This document shows, piece after piece, positions 43,075 to 52,403 of a stretch of 64,000 nucleotides of DNA; the first letter of the stretch is position 1; the number at the start of each line of letters is the position of its first letter. The position numbers and the translations under genes are program-made. The stretch comes from a virus, in IMG/VR virus record IMGVR_UViG_3300023174_003073, positions 1 through 64,000 of that record; one strand, written 5' to 3'. The notes beneath the pieces are model-generated. The model was not told the origin of the DNA and made no database searches. It saw only the letters and a program-made list of their open reading frames with translations.

Positions 43075-43395
43075 ATGAAGAAGTTATTATCAGTGGCGTT
43101 CCTATTCTGCCTAACTAGCTCTATAGCAAACGCCCAGGAGATTATTGACCTAACTAAACCTATGAAATGTTCTGACGCACAATCAGTAATTAACTATTTC
43201 GTAGATACACACAAAGAAACACCAATCTGGGTTGGGAAATCAGTACATAACACTCATATAACATTGTTAATGAACAAAGAAACACGTTCATGGACTATGA
43301 TAGAATATGATGCTAGGTTAGCATGTGTATTGGGTGCCGGAGAAGAAAAGACGGGAAGCAGTCCTAACTTAGGTGTAAAACTCAACATACATTGA
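43075..43395 (+). CDS. Hypothetical secreted protein
   Basis: Signal peptide ending ANA; KPMKC...N.ET.SWT..ACVLG. Confidence 0.75.
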   Translation: MKKLLSVAFLFCLTSSIANAQEIIDLTKPMKCSDAQSVINYFVDTHKETPIWVGKSVHNTHITLLMNKETRSWTMIEYDARLACVLGAGEEKTGSSPNLGVKLNIH

Positions 43396-43456
43396 GACCT
43401 AGTCCCTGTTAAATATTGTTATAGTACTCCTATAATAATAAAAAGAAGGGACTATA

Positions 43457-43756
43457 ATGAAGAAATTCAATAATTTACTGTTGGGTGTTGCTGCCGTAGT
43501 AACTGTAGTTGCGCCGCTAGTTCCAAAGAATTTATACATAAACATAAATTCAGAACCAACTCACACGACAAGCAAATCTAAATTGGTTAATAGTCAGTGT
43601 GATTTAGCCTATACCTCGGTTACCGATAATGGAATGCAAGTATGTGAGTACCACTGTAGAGAGGGCAACAAAGCAACAGTATATAAAACATTTCGTAGCA
43701 ATGCAGTTAGTTGCTCTGATACCACAACAGAAAAGGTGCAACAAAGCAAAAAATGA
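43457..43756 (+). CDS. Hypothetical secreted Cys-containing protein
   Basis: Hydrophobic N-terminus, CEYHC. Confidence 0.65.
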   Translation: MKKFNNLLLGVAAVVTVVAPLVPKNLYININSEPTHTTSKSKLVNSQCDLAYTSVTDNGMQVCEYHCREGNKATVYKTFRSNAVSCSDTTTEKVQQSKK

Positions 43757-43971
43757 AAGATATTTTTAAAGAAGTAAAACGTTTTCTACGTCACCCTACA
43801 TTACACAGTCTGATATTAGCACTAACAGCTATGTACTTATTGTTTGGTGTATTGAATGCCGGATTTATAATGATTAGTGTACTTGCTAATATTGCTGATT
43901 TCTTTTGGAATCATCTACCGTTTGATTGGAGTGTAGTCTACGTTTGGAATAGGACTATAATCCTTAGTTAA
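43753..43971 (+). CDS. Hypothetical membrane protein
   Basis: Hydrophobic core, ATGA coupling. Confidence 0.55.
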   Translation: MKDIFKEVKRFLRHPTLHSLILALTAMYLLFGVLNAGFIMISVLANIADFFWNHLPFDWSVVYVWNRTIILS

Positions 43972-44166
43972 TCGGTTACGCATTTCATCACCATACTTAA
44001 GTGTAATGTAACTGAATGTCTTTTCGGCATCTTTCTTAAACTTGTTGATACCAATCATTAGATGATTTTCCCAACGCACTTTAGTGGTGATGAGTTTCTT
44101 AAGATTGATATCATTGAGTATATCATCAAAGTTGTTTGATTCACGGTAAAAAGTAAAGTACTTCAT
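43915..44166 (-). CDS. Hypothetical protein
   Basis: SYITLKYGD. Confidence 0.7.
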   Translation of the reverse strand: MKYFTFYRESNNFDDILNDINLKKLITTKVRWENHLMIGINKFKKDAEKTFSYITLKYGDEMRNRLTKDYSPIPNVDYTPIKR

Positions 44167-44363
44167 TTTTTCCAAAGTATAAAGTTAATGTAGTCTGTTT
44201 CAGATTTAAAGTAAAATTCATATTTACCCGGATGATATCCTGCCATACCTTTTATTTCATAGCACCAATCAGCGATGCATTGATTTTGACACCAGTGTAC
44301 GATTGGTGCAAGCTGTCCAAACTCAATGTCTATCTCAGTCTTGTACTGTGTGTCGGGTGACAT
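44163..44363 (-). CDS. Hypothetical protein
   Basis: WC...FYF..E.D...FILW pattern. Confidence 0.7.
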   Translation of the reverse strand: MSPDTQYKTEIDIEFGQLAPIVHWCQNQCIADWCYEIKGMAGYHPGKYEFYFKSETDYINFILWKK

Positions 44364-44778
44364 TTACTCCACTCTTGTTTAAGAAATTTATACCATCATC
44401 GCTACGATAAGTGTTACGGTATAAAACGTTGTTAATACCACTTTGGTAGATAAGTTTGGCACAGTCCAAACATGGAGCATGGGTAATAAACAAAGTAGAA
44501 CCCACACCAGATTCGTTAGATTTAGCCAACTTGGCCAAGCAATTTGATTCCGCATGTAATACCTCCGATCGTGTTACTAATTCTTCTATCTTCGTCTGAG
44601 GGTGTCTAAAGACATATTCGCAATTATTGTCCCAACCACTAGGCATACCGTTATAACCAATGCTAATGATTCTATCATCTTTCACAATGATAGCACCGAC
44701 TTTCAATCGTACTGCATGACTTAACTGACTTGTACGTTCAGCTACATCCATAAAGTAGTCAACAAATTTTTGTTTCAA
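44335..44778 (-). CDS. dCMP deaminase
   Basis: VGAIIVKD.RIISIGYNG, HAE, PCLDC. Confidence 0.92.
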   Translation of the reverse strand: MKQKFVDYFMDVAERTSQLSHAVRLKVGAIIVKDDRIISIGYNGMPSGWDNNCEYVFRHPQTKIEELVTRSEVLHAESNCLAKLAKSNESGVGSTLFITHAPCLDCAKLIYQSGINNVLYRNTYRSDDGINFLNKSGVNVTRHTVQD

Positions 44779-44999
44779 ACTACGAATCCCTGATTTTCAA
44801 TATAATCTCTTGCACTCTCATCAGATAATTGAGGAATGATAAAATTTCTTATATCAAATCTATCACAAAATGCTTTACCAAAACGTATACCTCTTAGTTT
44901 AAGAAATATGTATTCCTTACAGAATACTTGGTACTCTTCCCAACTAACACTATCACGTGTACTCTCAATTGTCAAGTTATGAACCATACTATCAAACAT
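44775..44999 (-). CDS. Hypothetical protein
   Basis: RFGKAFCDRF. Confidence 0.65.
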   Translation of the reverse strand: MFDSMVHNLTIESTRDSVSWEEYQVFCKEYIFLKLRGIRFGKAFCDRFDIRNFIIPQLSDESARDYIENQGFVV

Positions 45000-45000
45000 A

Positions 45001-45540
45001 TTAATCCCAAAGGTTACGAAAATATTTAGCAAACAAATCAAGACCCTCTTGAATTTTTTCTTGATGTTTCATGTGACCAACGTGGTCATACCAGTGTTCA
45101 TCCGGATTCTTATCAACCATTTGATATGTTGCTTCTACTTTGCCTGTAACAGGATTTGGATATGTTCTATCAGTTTTAACCCAATCATATTCAGGATTAC
45201 CATGATGATATAAGTCATCATAATCTTCATATGCAATTTGACCAAATGACCAAATCATTTTATCTAGTGTTTCATCCCAACGCTTACTTCCAATCTCCCA
45301 GGCTTCATCGTGTGACTCCTTGTAGAAATCAAAACTATCTTGGTCTGCATATTTTTCACCACCAATATCATTTACAAACTCACTAGGAAACCCATGTTTA
45401 GTAGCTTTTAATTGAATTAACATTGGATATATAACCTTAGCCAATGTTCCATCCATGTTCCATGTGTCCCATGGATCAATCTGGATATCAACTTTTTGCT
45501 CTCCCGGGCCTTTAGGCCACTTATTGATTTTAATTTTCAT
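45001..45540 (-). CDS. Hypothetical phage protein
   Basis: WDTWNMD.TLA..I.PML.QLK..KHG...GL.LF.KY..LWD. Confidence 0.8.
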   Translation of the reverse strand: MKIKINKWPKGPGEQKVDIQIDPWDTWNMDGTLAKVIYPMLIQLKATKHGFPSEFVNDIGGEKYADQDSFDFYKESHDEAWEIGSKRWDETLDKMIWSFGQIAYEDYDDLYHHGNPEYDWVKTDRTYPNPVTGKVEATYQMVDKNPDEHWYDHVGHMKHQEKIQEGLDLFAKYFRNLWD

Positions 45541-45902
45541 TCTTTTTTAGTCACGACACCGTTGATGAAAGTGAACACTTTATCATCGTGAATCACTGCG
45601 GCATATTTGATGTTTTTGTATTGTTGTGATAGTGTGGCTAATTCTTCAATAGTTTTGGCTTGACAAATGAAATCTTCTTCATCGGTATACAGATACAAAA
45701 TATCATTAATTTTTTGAATTCTTAATCTATATACTTCGGTTACTGCTTGCTTTGCTTTTTCAATCTTATCTAATTCGGCTTCAATGTTAATACCTTCTTT
45801 GGCAGCAACGTCCATTATGATGTGACGCATTCTATATAGGCAATAGAATTCGCCAATAAGATAACCAACAACAAGACCTACGATAAGAAGCAATATTTCC
45901 AT
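45537..45902 (-). CDS. Hypothetical membrane-anchored protein
   Basis: N-terminal TM segment. Confidence 0.7.
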   Translation of the reverse strand: MEILLLIVGLVVGYLIGEFYCLYRMRHIIMDVAAKEGINIEAELDKIEKAKQAVTEVYRLRIQKINDILYLYTDEEDFICQAKTIEELATLSQQYKNIKYAAVIHDDKVFTFINGVVTKKE

Positions 45903-45906
45903 AATA

Positions 45907-46188
45907 TTATTTATTGATTTTTAAGTCAGACCAAATCTTCAATTTTTCAAATTTCTTCATCTTGGCTTGTTGAATCCCTTCAACTGATACACCAACATCT
46001 AAGTCAGTGAGCAATTCAACCATAGCAAAGAGATCACCAATTTCTTCTTCAAGCATATTGATATTAGTACGTTCCTTACCCGGTTTCATTTGATCGGGAC
46101 CAAAACGAAAACACTTACTAATTGCTTGTGTAACTTCTGCACATTCTTCTTGTAGAATTAACATTACTTCTCTCAAATCATCATTCAT
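45907..46188 (-). CDS. MazG-like nucleotide pyrophosphohydrolase
   Basis: ILQEECAEV.QAISK..RFG...LEEEIGDL. Confidence 0.85.
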   Translation of the reverse strand: MNDDLREVMLILQEECAEVTQAISKCFRFGPDQMKPGKERTNINMLEEEIGDLFAMVELLTDLDVGVSVEGIQQAKMKKFEKLKIWSDLKINK

Positions 46189-46415
46189 TTGTTATTCCAT
46201 TCATAATCGTTTAAAATTTTAACTACATCTTCAAGTGATTCTTCTACTTCCCATGTGCCATGAGGTGGACAAAATACATACGTGATGTTTTCAATTATAC
46301 CATCTTCCATCTTTGCTAAGTTTTGTGTTTGATATACTGTAGCAATTATATCAGTATTGATTGAAATTTTATTACCTTTGTGTGCTAAGGCAGCATTTGT
46401 TAGTGTGATATACAT
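46185..46415 (-). CDS. FlbD-like small protein
   Basis: MYITLT...INTD.I...T...V.ESLEDVV. Confidence 0.55.
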   Translation of the reverse strand: MYITLTNAALAHKGNKISINTDIIATVYQTQNLAKMEDGIIENITYVFCPPHGTWEVEESLEDVVKILNDYEWNNK

Positions 46416-46416
46416 A

Positions 46417-46944
46417 TTATAGTTTCTTTTTACTTGCCATTGAAATTTTTGGTTCAACGTACTTTTTGTGATAGTCTTGGTAATTGTTCAAATAATTTTC
46501 GTGTTGAACCCATTGATTTTTTGTTTTAGTCCTATTGATTAGAAATCCCCAATCACGTACTTGTGGACCCATAAAGAATAATGTAGTTGCAGGACCTACT
46601 AACTCATCAAGTTCTAGCCAATGAAAATCTTTTGCTCGGCGAAAGATAATACTACCCGGGCCATGCCAACGTTGAAATTCAGCAATCTTTTTGCCTTCAG
46701 TATTAAAGACAGGTGTGTGTTCCCAATAACCACCACTAAGAACAATAGTCATAAAGGGCCAAGGATGGTCATGAAAGATTGGGTCATCACTCTTTACAAT
46801 CTTGTGTAATGTGACATTGAATGGAAACCATTTGCGGTCTTTGAGAAATAGATAGTAGCGGTGCATATAATCTTCACCTGTCCTACGATCCGGAATTAAA
46901 CGATAACGCCCTAGCTTGTCCATTATCTTGTGAAATAAACCCAT
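46417..46944 (-). CDS. Cupin-fold protein
   Basis: HDHPWPF..IVLSGGY.E...H.LEL..TLF..GP..R.WGF. Confidence 0.8.
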   Translation of the reverse strand: MGLFHKIMDKLGRYRLIPDRRTGEDYMHRYYLFLKDRKWFPFNVTLHKIVKSDDPIFHDHPWPFMTIVLSGGYWEHTPVFNTEGKKIAEFQRWHGPGSIIFRRAKDFHWLELDELVGPATTLFFMGPQVRDWGFLINRTKTKNQWVQHENYLNNYQDYHKKYVEPKISMASKKKL

Positions 46945-46993
46945 TGATTGCTCCTTTTGTGTATTATAACACAAAACTTAATTTCGTGCAAAT

Positions 46994-47021
46994 GAAAAAA
47001 GGGTGATAAACACCCTTTTTC
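46994..47021 (-). terminator. Rho-independent terminator
   Basis: AAAAAGGGTG-ATAAA-CACCCTTTTT. Confidence 0.8.
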
Positions 47022-47039
47022 TCTTAGTCTCGTTAGAGA

Positions 47040-47309
47040 TTAGACGCCGAGTGCCAATGCACGATAGCCAGCGGCTACGATTTCACGGCTAGGAGTACCT
47101 AAACGGTACTTGGTGCTAACACGACCTTTAGTGTCGGTGTGTTGATTTGCATAGATAGCAAAACCACCACGCAAACGCAAATCACTAACAGTTGCTGTTG
47201 GGTTAGCAATGCCAAAACGTGATTTGATTTGTGCCGCTGTCAGTTTCTCACCTGACTTGAATGCCTCGATAAGGCGTTCTTGTTTAGTTACAGTTACTTG
47301 CTTGTTCAT
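47040..47309 (-). CDS. Winged-HTH DNA-binding protein
   Basis: LTAAQIKSRFGIANPTATVSDLR..G..IY..KYRLG.PSR. Confidence 0.75.
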   Translation of the reverse strand: MNKQVTVTKQERLIEAFKSGEKLTAAQIKSRFGIANPTATVSDLRLRGGFAIYANQHTDTKGRVSTKYRLGTPSREIVAAGYRALALGV

Positions 47310-47418
47310 AATTTTCTTTCTTAAAAAAATCGTTGCTCTCACAACGTATAAAGATTATAATACAAATAGAGGAGTAATACAACAGTATTTGGTAAACTGT
47401 TTTATAATGTTTACCCGT

Positions 47419-48123
47419 TTAGTCTTTAACTAAAGTTCCGTTAGGACCCAACTTACCTTCTACCCCAATTGGTTGGATTTCTTGCACCAGTGAATCGGGT
47501 AGATATTGATACAACAAATGTTCAATGTCAATATACTTACCTTCACTTAGTTTCTTTTTCATTTCTTTAACTGCGGTTTCATAGAATACAATAACACGCT
47601 CGTTCATTGCAATTGGCCATGACCAAAGCCTACTCATGCGTTGAAATGGTACACCTATAACATCTAATGGAAATTGACTATTGTATTTTTTAGTGGATAC
47701 AATCTTCTTTGGGTCATAAGTTGATGTATCAAAATTTTCATTCAAGTAATATCTACCTGATAGTTTGAATATTCTATCGACTCCGGTAAACAAGTCATGT
47801 TCTCTTAGAACCTTTAACCCATTATGAAAGCACATCACTTCGCACAAATTCTTTACAATGTCCCAGCTATCTGTAGCATTGTAAACTTCATGTACGTAAG
47901 CCTCATTGGAAAAATTCAATACATAGTGTGAATTATCTTGAAGGACCTTTAAGGTTTCTTCATCTAAAGGAACGCCAGATGATTCAAAGATGACGATTTT
48001 TGAATCGGGAGCCCTTGCTTGGACACTCCCTATTGTAGCAAGGGTTTGTGACAATCTCACTTCTTTAGAAAATGCCCCAAACCTTGTATTGACTGCGCTA
48101 GTGATTATAAATAAATTTTGCAT
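47419..48123 (-). CDS. Hypothetical protein, glycosyltransferase-like
   Basis: IITS..R..QTL.TI.S, FKLSGRY, DIEH. Confidence 0.6.
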   Translation of the reverse strand: MQNLFIITSAVNTRFGAFSKEVRLSQTLATIGSVQARAPDSKIVIFESSGVPLDEETLKVLQDNSHYVLNFSNEAYVHEVYNATDSWDIVKNLCEVMCFHNGLKVLREHDLFTGVDRIFKLSGRYYLNENFDTSTYDPKKIVSTKKYNSQFPLDVIGVPFQRMSRLWSWPIAMNERVIVFYETAVKEMKKKLSEGKYIDIEHLLYQYLPDSLVQEIQPIGVEGKLGPNGTLVKD

Positions 48124-48965
48124 TAAACTTCCAAATATTTTAACTGGAAGATATCAGCATGTTCATCCCAACCACCGTAACCTCGTGGGTTACATACGAT
48201 TCGTGTTTCACCAATCATATAGTCAAATGGGTCATGTGTATGACCATGAGTCCATAGTTTAATCTGAGGATGATCCAAAATGAATTCGCTCAAATCACTG
48301 TGATAACCACCGTTCATCAAATCTTGCCCATGATATTTTTCATGTATACTCATGTGACTAGGACTGTGATGACCGACAATAACTACCTTATCTTCCTTCA
48401 TATTACTTAGCATAAGTTTAAAGTAGCTTAAAGTTTGTTGGTGGCGATACATGCTATGTGCTGGACGCAATTTAGTGTATCCATGTTCATCATTACGAAT
48501 AACACGATAGTCATTCATCATGTCCTGCAATGCATGAAGTGTTAATGGATCACCCTTATTACAGTCTGTCCATAATGTAGCACCAATGAAAGTAATATCA
48601 TTGATTTTCTTAGTATCGTTTTCAAGGAAGTAGATGTTTGGGTATCTTGCACACTCGTCACGTAAGTGTTGGATACTAGCTTTCCAACGACCATGGTAGA
48701 ATTCGTGATTGCCTGCAATATAAATTACATGTGGGAATTGAAAACTACAACGACTTAGAAAATCACGGAATCGCAATGCAGTTTCTTGTCTACGACCTAA
48801 GTTAGGGATGTTAACTGGGTCATTGGGATGTACGGGTGGATGGTTGTGTAAATCTTCCGCAGTCATAATATCACCGCTTAGGATAAGGACCTCTGCATCT
48901 TCCTCATTCTTGAGGTTGATGTCCATGAATTCAAGGTGTAAATCACTGCATACTGCTATCTTCAT
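48123..48965 (-). CDS. Calcineurin-like metallophosphoesterase
   Basis: SDLHLE, LSGDI, GNHEFY, HHSPS, HGHTH, NPRGY. Confidence 0.9.
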   Translation of the reverse strand: MKIAVCSDLHLEFMDINLKNEEDAEVLILSGDIMTAEDLHNHPPVHPNDPVNIPNLGRRQETALRFRDFLSRCSFQFPHVIYIAGNHEFYHGRWKASIQHLRDECARYPNIYFLENDTKKINDITFIGATLWTDCNKGDPLTLHALQDMMNDYRVIRNDEHGYTKLRPAHSMYRHQQTLSYFKLMLSNMKEDKVVIVGHHSPSHMSIHEKYHGQDLMNGGYHSDLSEFILDHPQIKLWTHGHTHDPFDYMIGETRIVCNPRGYGGWDEHADIFQLKYLEV

Positions 48966-49094
48966 TATCCAAACATCCATTCAGCAAGTTTCATACCTGC
49001 AGCCAAACAAAATATCATAAAAGGAAATCCTACTAGTGCAATGCATATTAGTAGTACCTCAAACTTTACCCAACTATTTTTTTGTAAATTAAAT

Positions 49095-49430
49095 TTACTC
49101 ATTCTTCAACTCCGAAATGTGTTTACAACTACCACGATACATATATCCAGGGCATGTACATGTCTTTTCTTCTGTATCAATACTATATATATTACCTTTG
49201 CTACCGGAGACTTTAATTATTGTTGACTTTTCTTTAATCTTTTTGAAAGGGCTAACCTTCAATGCTTGAAACTTGCGACCACGTTTGTCTATTGTGATCG
49301 GGTTCTTAAAATAAAAGGGAGCAGTGTCGCCTACTTTGATGTATGCAATCATTTTAGATCCATCTAGTAGATAGGTATGATTAGCGTTATTGCTATCGTT
49401 CCAGACTGTAGTCTCGACAACTGCTTCCAT
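49095..49430 (-). CDS. SWIM zinc-finger protein
   Basis: CTCPGYMYRGSCKHI. Confidence 0.8.
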   Translation of the reverse strand: MEAVVETTVWNDSNNANHTYLLDGSKMIAYIKVGDTAPFYFKNPITIDKRGRKFQALKVSPFKKIKEKSTIIKVSGSKGNIYSIDTEEKTCTCPGYMYRGSCKHISELKNE

Positions 49431-49432
49431 GC

Positions 49433-49897
49433 TTATACTTCCTGTGATTCTTTATCTTTAGCCAATTCTTTTGACAACAAATGAAAATTCTCGTCACCTT
49501 GATACATAACATACCAAGTGTCATCTTTCATAATATATGCAAACTCACACCAACCATCATTGAAATGTTCAATCAATGATTCTTTGCTAGTATGTGTGAC
49601 AAACTCTTGACCTTCTTCATCACGGTCACGACCATAGAATGTAGTCATGTTGCCATACTTATCTTCCCATGCACTTGCAGACATGCCGGGAATGTCAAAC
49701 GCACTGAAGGGGTGTTTTCTACCAATGTTAGCTTTGAGACTAGAGATATTGCCCAACGCAACAAGGTTGTTTGCTTTAGGTGAATCGTAATGTTTTTGCA
49801 AAATACGACCATTGTGTGATAGATAGCCATCCCAATGACAATAAACTGTTTTGTAATTGTTACCATGAACAACTGCGATTAGTGAACGTGTACCCAT
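49433..49897 (-). CDS. Hypothetical phage protein
   Basis: MGTRS.I...YCHWDGY...YGRDR.E. Confidence 0.8.
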   Translation of the reverse strand: MGTRSLIAVVHGNNYKTVYCHWDGYLSHNGRILQKHYDSPKANNLVALGNISSLKANIGRKHPFSAFDIPGMSASAWEDKYGNMTTFYGRDRDEEGQEFVTHTSKESLIEHFNDGWCEFAYIMKDDTWYVMYQGDENFHLLSKELAKDKESQEV

Positions 49898-49930
49898 TGC
49901 AAACTCCTGTTGTTTACTGTTTAAGATTCT

Positions 49931-49959
49931 ATTATATACCCAAAGTGATTTATTGTCAA
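49931..49959 (-). promoter_or_regulatory. Repeated early promoter
   Basis: Minus strand TTGACA-ATAAATCACTTTGGGTA-TATAAT, with a leader identical to the 28929 copy. Confidence 0.88.
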
Positions 49960-49960
49960 G

Positions 49961-50392
49961 TCAATAACCTGTACACTCTACCCTACCGCCAAGTCGCTCA
50001 CGGCAATCGTAATTTCTGTAACCCTGGTCTTGTGAAGTTTGGGCATTGGTCTTTTGATGGAGATTATTCATAAATTGGTCATGACTTACTTGTGCAGCCG
50101 CCCGTTCAGTAGCCTGCTGATTTCGAGTACTAATTATTACATTTTGAACACACTGTGAATGAGGTACTGTTCCTGCTTGGAAGCCCATTGAGTTACATTG
50201 TGCCTTTGCAGATTTTAGCATTTTTTCATTACTCCATTGGATTACTTCATCTGAGCAAACTCCATAACCACATAATATTTTAGCACCAAATGACGGCTCT
50301 GTGGATCCAACTTTTGATCCAACATTCATATTACTACTAGCACACCCAGTAAACATAGAACTAACTAAAACCAAAAGGGCAATTCGTTTCAT
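49961..50392 (-). CDS. Putative lipoprotein
   Basis: MKR, hydrophobic stretch, FTGC lipobox. Confidence 0.75.
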   Translation of the reverse strand: MKRIALLVLVSSMFTGCASSNMNVGSKVGSTEPSFGAKILCGYGVCSDEVIQWSNEKMLKSAKAQCNSMGFQAGTVPHSQCVQNVIISTRNQQATERAAAQVSHDQFMNNLHQKTNAQTSQDQGYRNYDCRERLGGRVECTGY

Positions 50393-50580
50393 TTTGTTTC
50401 CTTTTACGCAAATGTATTGGTAGTACTATCTTTCACCACCTTAAAGGCTTCTAATGTCTTTTTGGGTTGTGCTAGGGGATTCTTTGCAATAAATTGCATC
50501 ATTGCAAAAGAGGTCAAGCCCAAAAACTTAGCTTCCTTGTTAATCACATTGAGAGCGGTTTCTAATTTCATGTTAACTCC

Positions 50581-50853
50581 TTAAACCAAATCTAATTGAA
50601 TTTGCTTGTTGCGAATTGTAGTACCGAGACCTGTTGGGACAGGCTTGCGAGTTGCCTCTGCCATTCTACGCTCGTAAGACAACTGAATCAATGCTTCCCA
50701 AACCAGTGTACGTGCAAGAGTGGTAGCAAACATTTCAGTCATTTGGCTGATTGTCATATACAGACCGATTTCGTTTTCGGATCCGTCACCTTTGAAAATC
50801 ACACGAAATTTTTGTGAATTTTTGAAACCTTCAATCACTGTTTTTGTACGCAT
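50581..50853 (-). CDS. Hypothetical protein
   Basis: Start MRTKT after AAGGA. Confidence 0.7.
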   Translation of the reverse strand: MRTKTVIEGFKNSQKFRVIFKGDGSENEIGLYMTISQMTEMFATTLARTLVWEALIQLSYERRMAEATRKPVPTGLGTTIRNKQIQLDLV

Positions 50854-50886
50854 TTGCAAGTCCTTTTCTTTACTGTTTAAGATTCT

Positions 50887-50915
50887 ATTATATACCCAAA
50901 TCCAATTACTGTCAA
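50887..50915 (-). promoter_or_regulatory. Repeated early promoter
   Basis: TTGACA-GTAATTGGATTTGGGTA-TATAAT. Confidence 0.87.
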
Positions 50916-51052
50916 GTTTTGGCAAGAACTTCATCGATTTGTTGTAATACTTTTTTCTGAGCAAGTGAGCCCGGCACCAATGAGAATGCTTTTCTGTAAA
51001 GTTTCAGTAATTCAATATTCATTGTGTGCTCCTTTAATCAATCAATACAAGT

Positions 51053-51081
51053 ATTATATACCCAAAGTGATTTATTGTCAA
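51053..51081 (-). promoter_or_regulatory. Repeated early promoter
   Basis: TTGACA-ATAAATCACTTTGGGTA-TATAAT, with a leader identical to the 28733 copy. Confidence 0.88.
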
Positions 51082-51281
51082 TTTTCCTGCATCATTTTCT
51101 GAAAGGATTGCATCATATTTAGGGCTTTTTTCATTGCCAAGTCAGGATCTTGTTGCTGTACGCAAATAGCTTTAACTTCCTGAGCCTTCAATTCTAATAC
51201 TTGAGTATTACAAGATTTCAAATCTGAATACGATCCTACTGTATTGAGAGCGGTGCCAAGAATGATTACTAAATTATACAT
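51078..51281 (-). CDS. Hypothetical protein
   Basis: Y.DLKSC...C. Confidence 0.65.
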   Translation of the reverse strand: MYNLVIILGTALNTVGSYSDLKSCNTQVLELKAQEVKAICVQQQDPDLAMKKALNMMQSFQKMMQEN

Positions 51282-51283
51282 TT

Positions 51284-51502
51284 TTAGTCCTTTAACACGG
51301 GAATACAAATGTATTCTTTTTTATTTTGCATGATAGAGGTAATACTTTTCTCTACTTCTGGTAAAGTCTGACCTGGAGGATTCATACGGGCACTGTATAT
51401 TGCACGTATTGCATTTTGACAACTATTCATACCAGTGTAATTGCCTAAAAATGCAGGAGTTGAACCTGACATAATGAATACTAAAACATACATGCTGTTC
51501 AT
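51284..51502 (-). CDS. Hypothetical protein
   Basis: Y.GMNSCQNA...YICIP. Confidence 0.65.
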   Translation of the reverse strand: MNSMYVLVFIMSGSTPAFLGNYTGMNSCQNAIRAIYSARMNPPGQTLPEVEKSITSIMQNKKEYICIPVLKD

Positions 51503-51503
51503 A

Positions 51504-51704
51504 TCAACCCCTCAGTACATCAAAGATGGAATTTTGCAGAAGGGCGACCTCGTCACGGTCAACGTAAAAGTCGGTACGAGGATCGTAGTACTCACCTTCT
51601 TTAGGATCGTAATACAGAACCTGACCATTGGGGTAGTGAAACGGACCCTCGAGACCCTTGCGAGGACCGTATTCTTTATTATGCTTGAAAACAACGTAAG
51701 ACAT
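51504..51704 (-). CDS. Small aromatic-repeat (OCRE-like) protein
   Basis: GLEGPF..LYYDPKEGEYYDPRTDFY. Confidence 0.7.
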   Translation of the reverse strand: MSYVVFKHNKEYGPRKGLEGPFHYPNGQVLYYDPKEGEYYDPRTDFYVDRDEVALLQNSIFDVLRG

Positions 51705-51733
51705 AGAGACTCCTTTTCACTACAGAAGCCTCT

Positions 51734-51762
51734 ATTGTATACCCAAAGTGATTTACTGTCAA
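51734..51762 (-). promoter_or_regulatory. Repeated early promoter
   Basis: TTGACA-GTAAATCACTTTGGGTA-TACAAT; the -35 overlaps the clpP TGA stop. Confidence 0.85.
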
Positions 51763-52346
51763 CCGCGCTTTGTAACTATTTCGTCTACAAGACCATAGTC
51801 TAATGCTTGTTGGGCACTCATAAAATTGTCTCGTTCCATGTCAGCTTGTAGTACATCAAAAGTTTTACCTTTAGAATTATGCTTAACATAGATTTCAGTG
51901 AGGTTCTTTTTCATAGATATAATTTCATTGACTTGAATCAGCATATCAGTTGCTTGACCTCTTGCACCACCTGAGGGTTGGTGAATCATATGTCGTGCGT
52001 TTGGCAACATAAAACGTTTACCGGGTGATCCTGCTTGTGCAAGCAAACTGCCCATGCTACATGCTTGACCCATTACGATTGTATGAATATTAGGCTTGAC
52101 AAATTGCATAGCATCATAGATAGCCATACCTGCAGTTACACTACCGCCGGGTGAATTGATATACATTGAGATATCTTTTTCACCCTCTGATTCTAAGAAT
52201 AGTAATTGGGCAACGATAAGATTTGCCATTTGGTCGTGTACTTCACCCTCAAGCAAAATTACACGGTCACGCAATAAGCGACTGTAGATATCATAGCTAC
52301 GTTCACCTTTAGCTGTTTGTTCAATAACGATTGGGACTAAACTCAT
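51759..52346 (-). CDS. clpP: ATP-dependent Clp protease proteolytic subunit
   Basis: [22 protein letters not shown] (Ser), MIHQP (His), ERDNFM (Asp). Confidence 0.96.
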   Translation of the reverse strand: MSLVPIVIEQTAKGERSYDIYSRLLRDRVILLEGEVHDQMANLIVAQLLFLESEGEKDISMYINSPGGSVTAGMAIYDAMQFVKPNIHTIVMGQACSMGSLLAQAGSPGKRFMLPNARHMIHQPSGGARGQATDMLIQVNEIISMKKNLTEIYVKHNSKGKTFDVLQADMERDNFMSAQQALDYGLVDEIVTKRG

Positions 52347-52403
52347 ATTGTTCCTTAAAAAACTCTATTATACAGAGTTTTAAATACAAGTCAACAACTT
52401 TGG

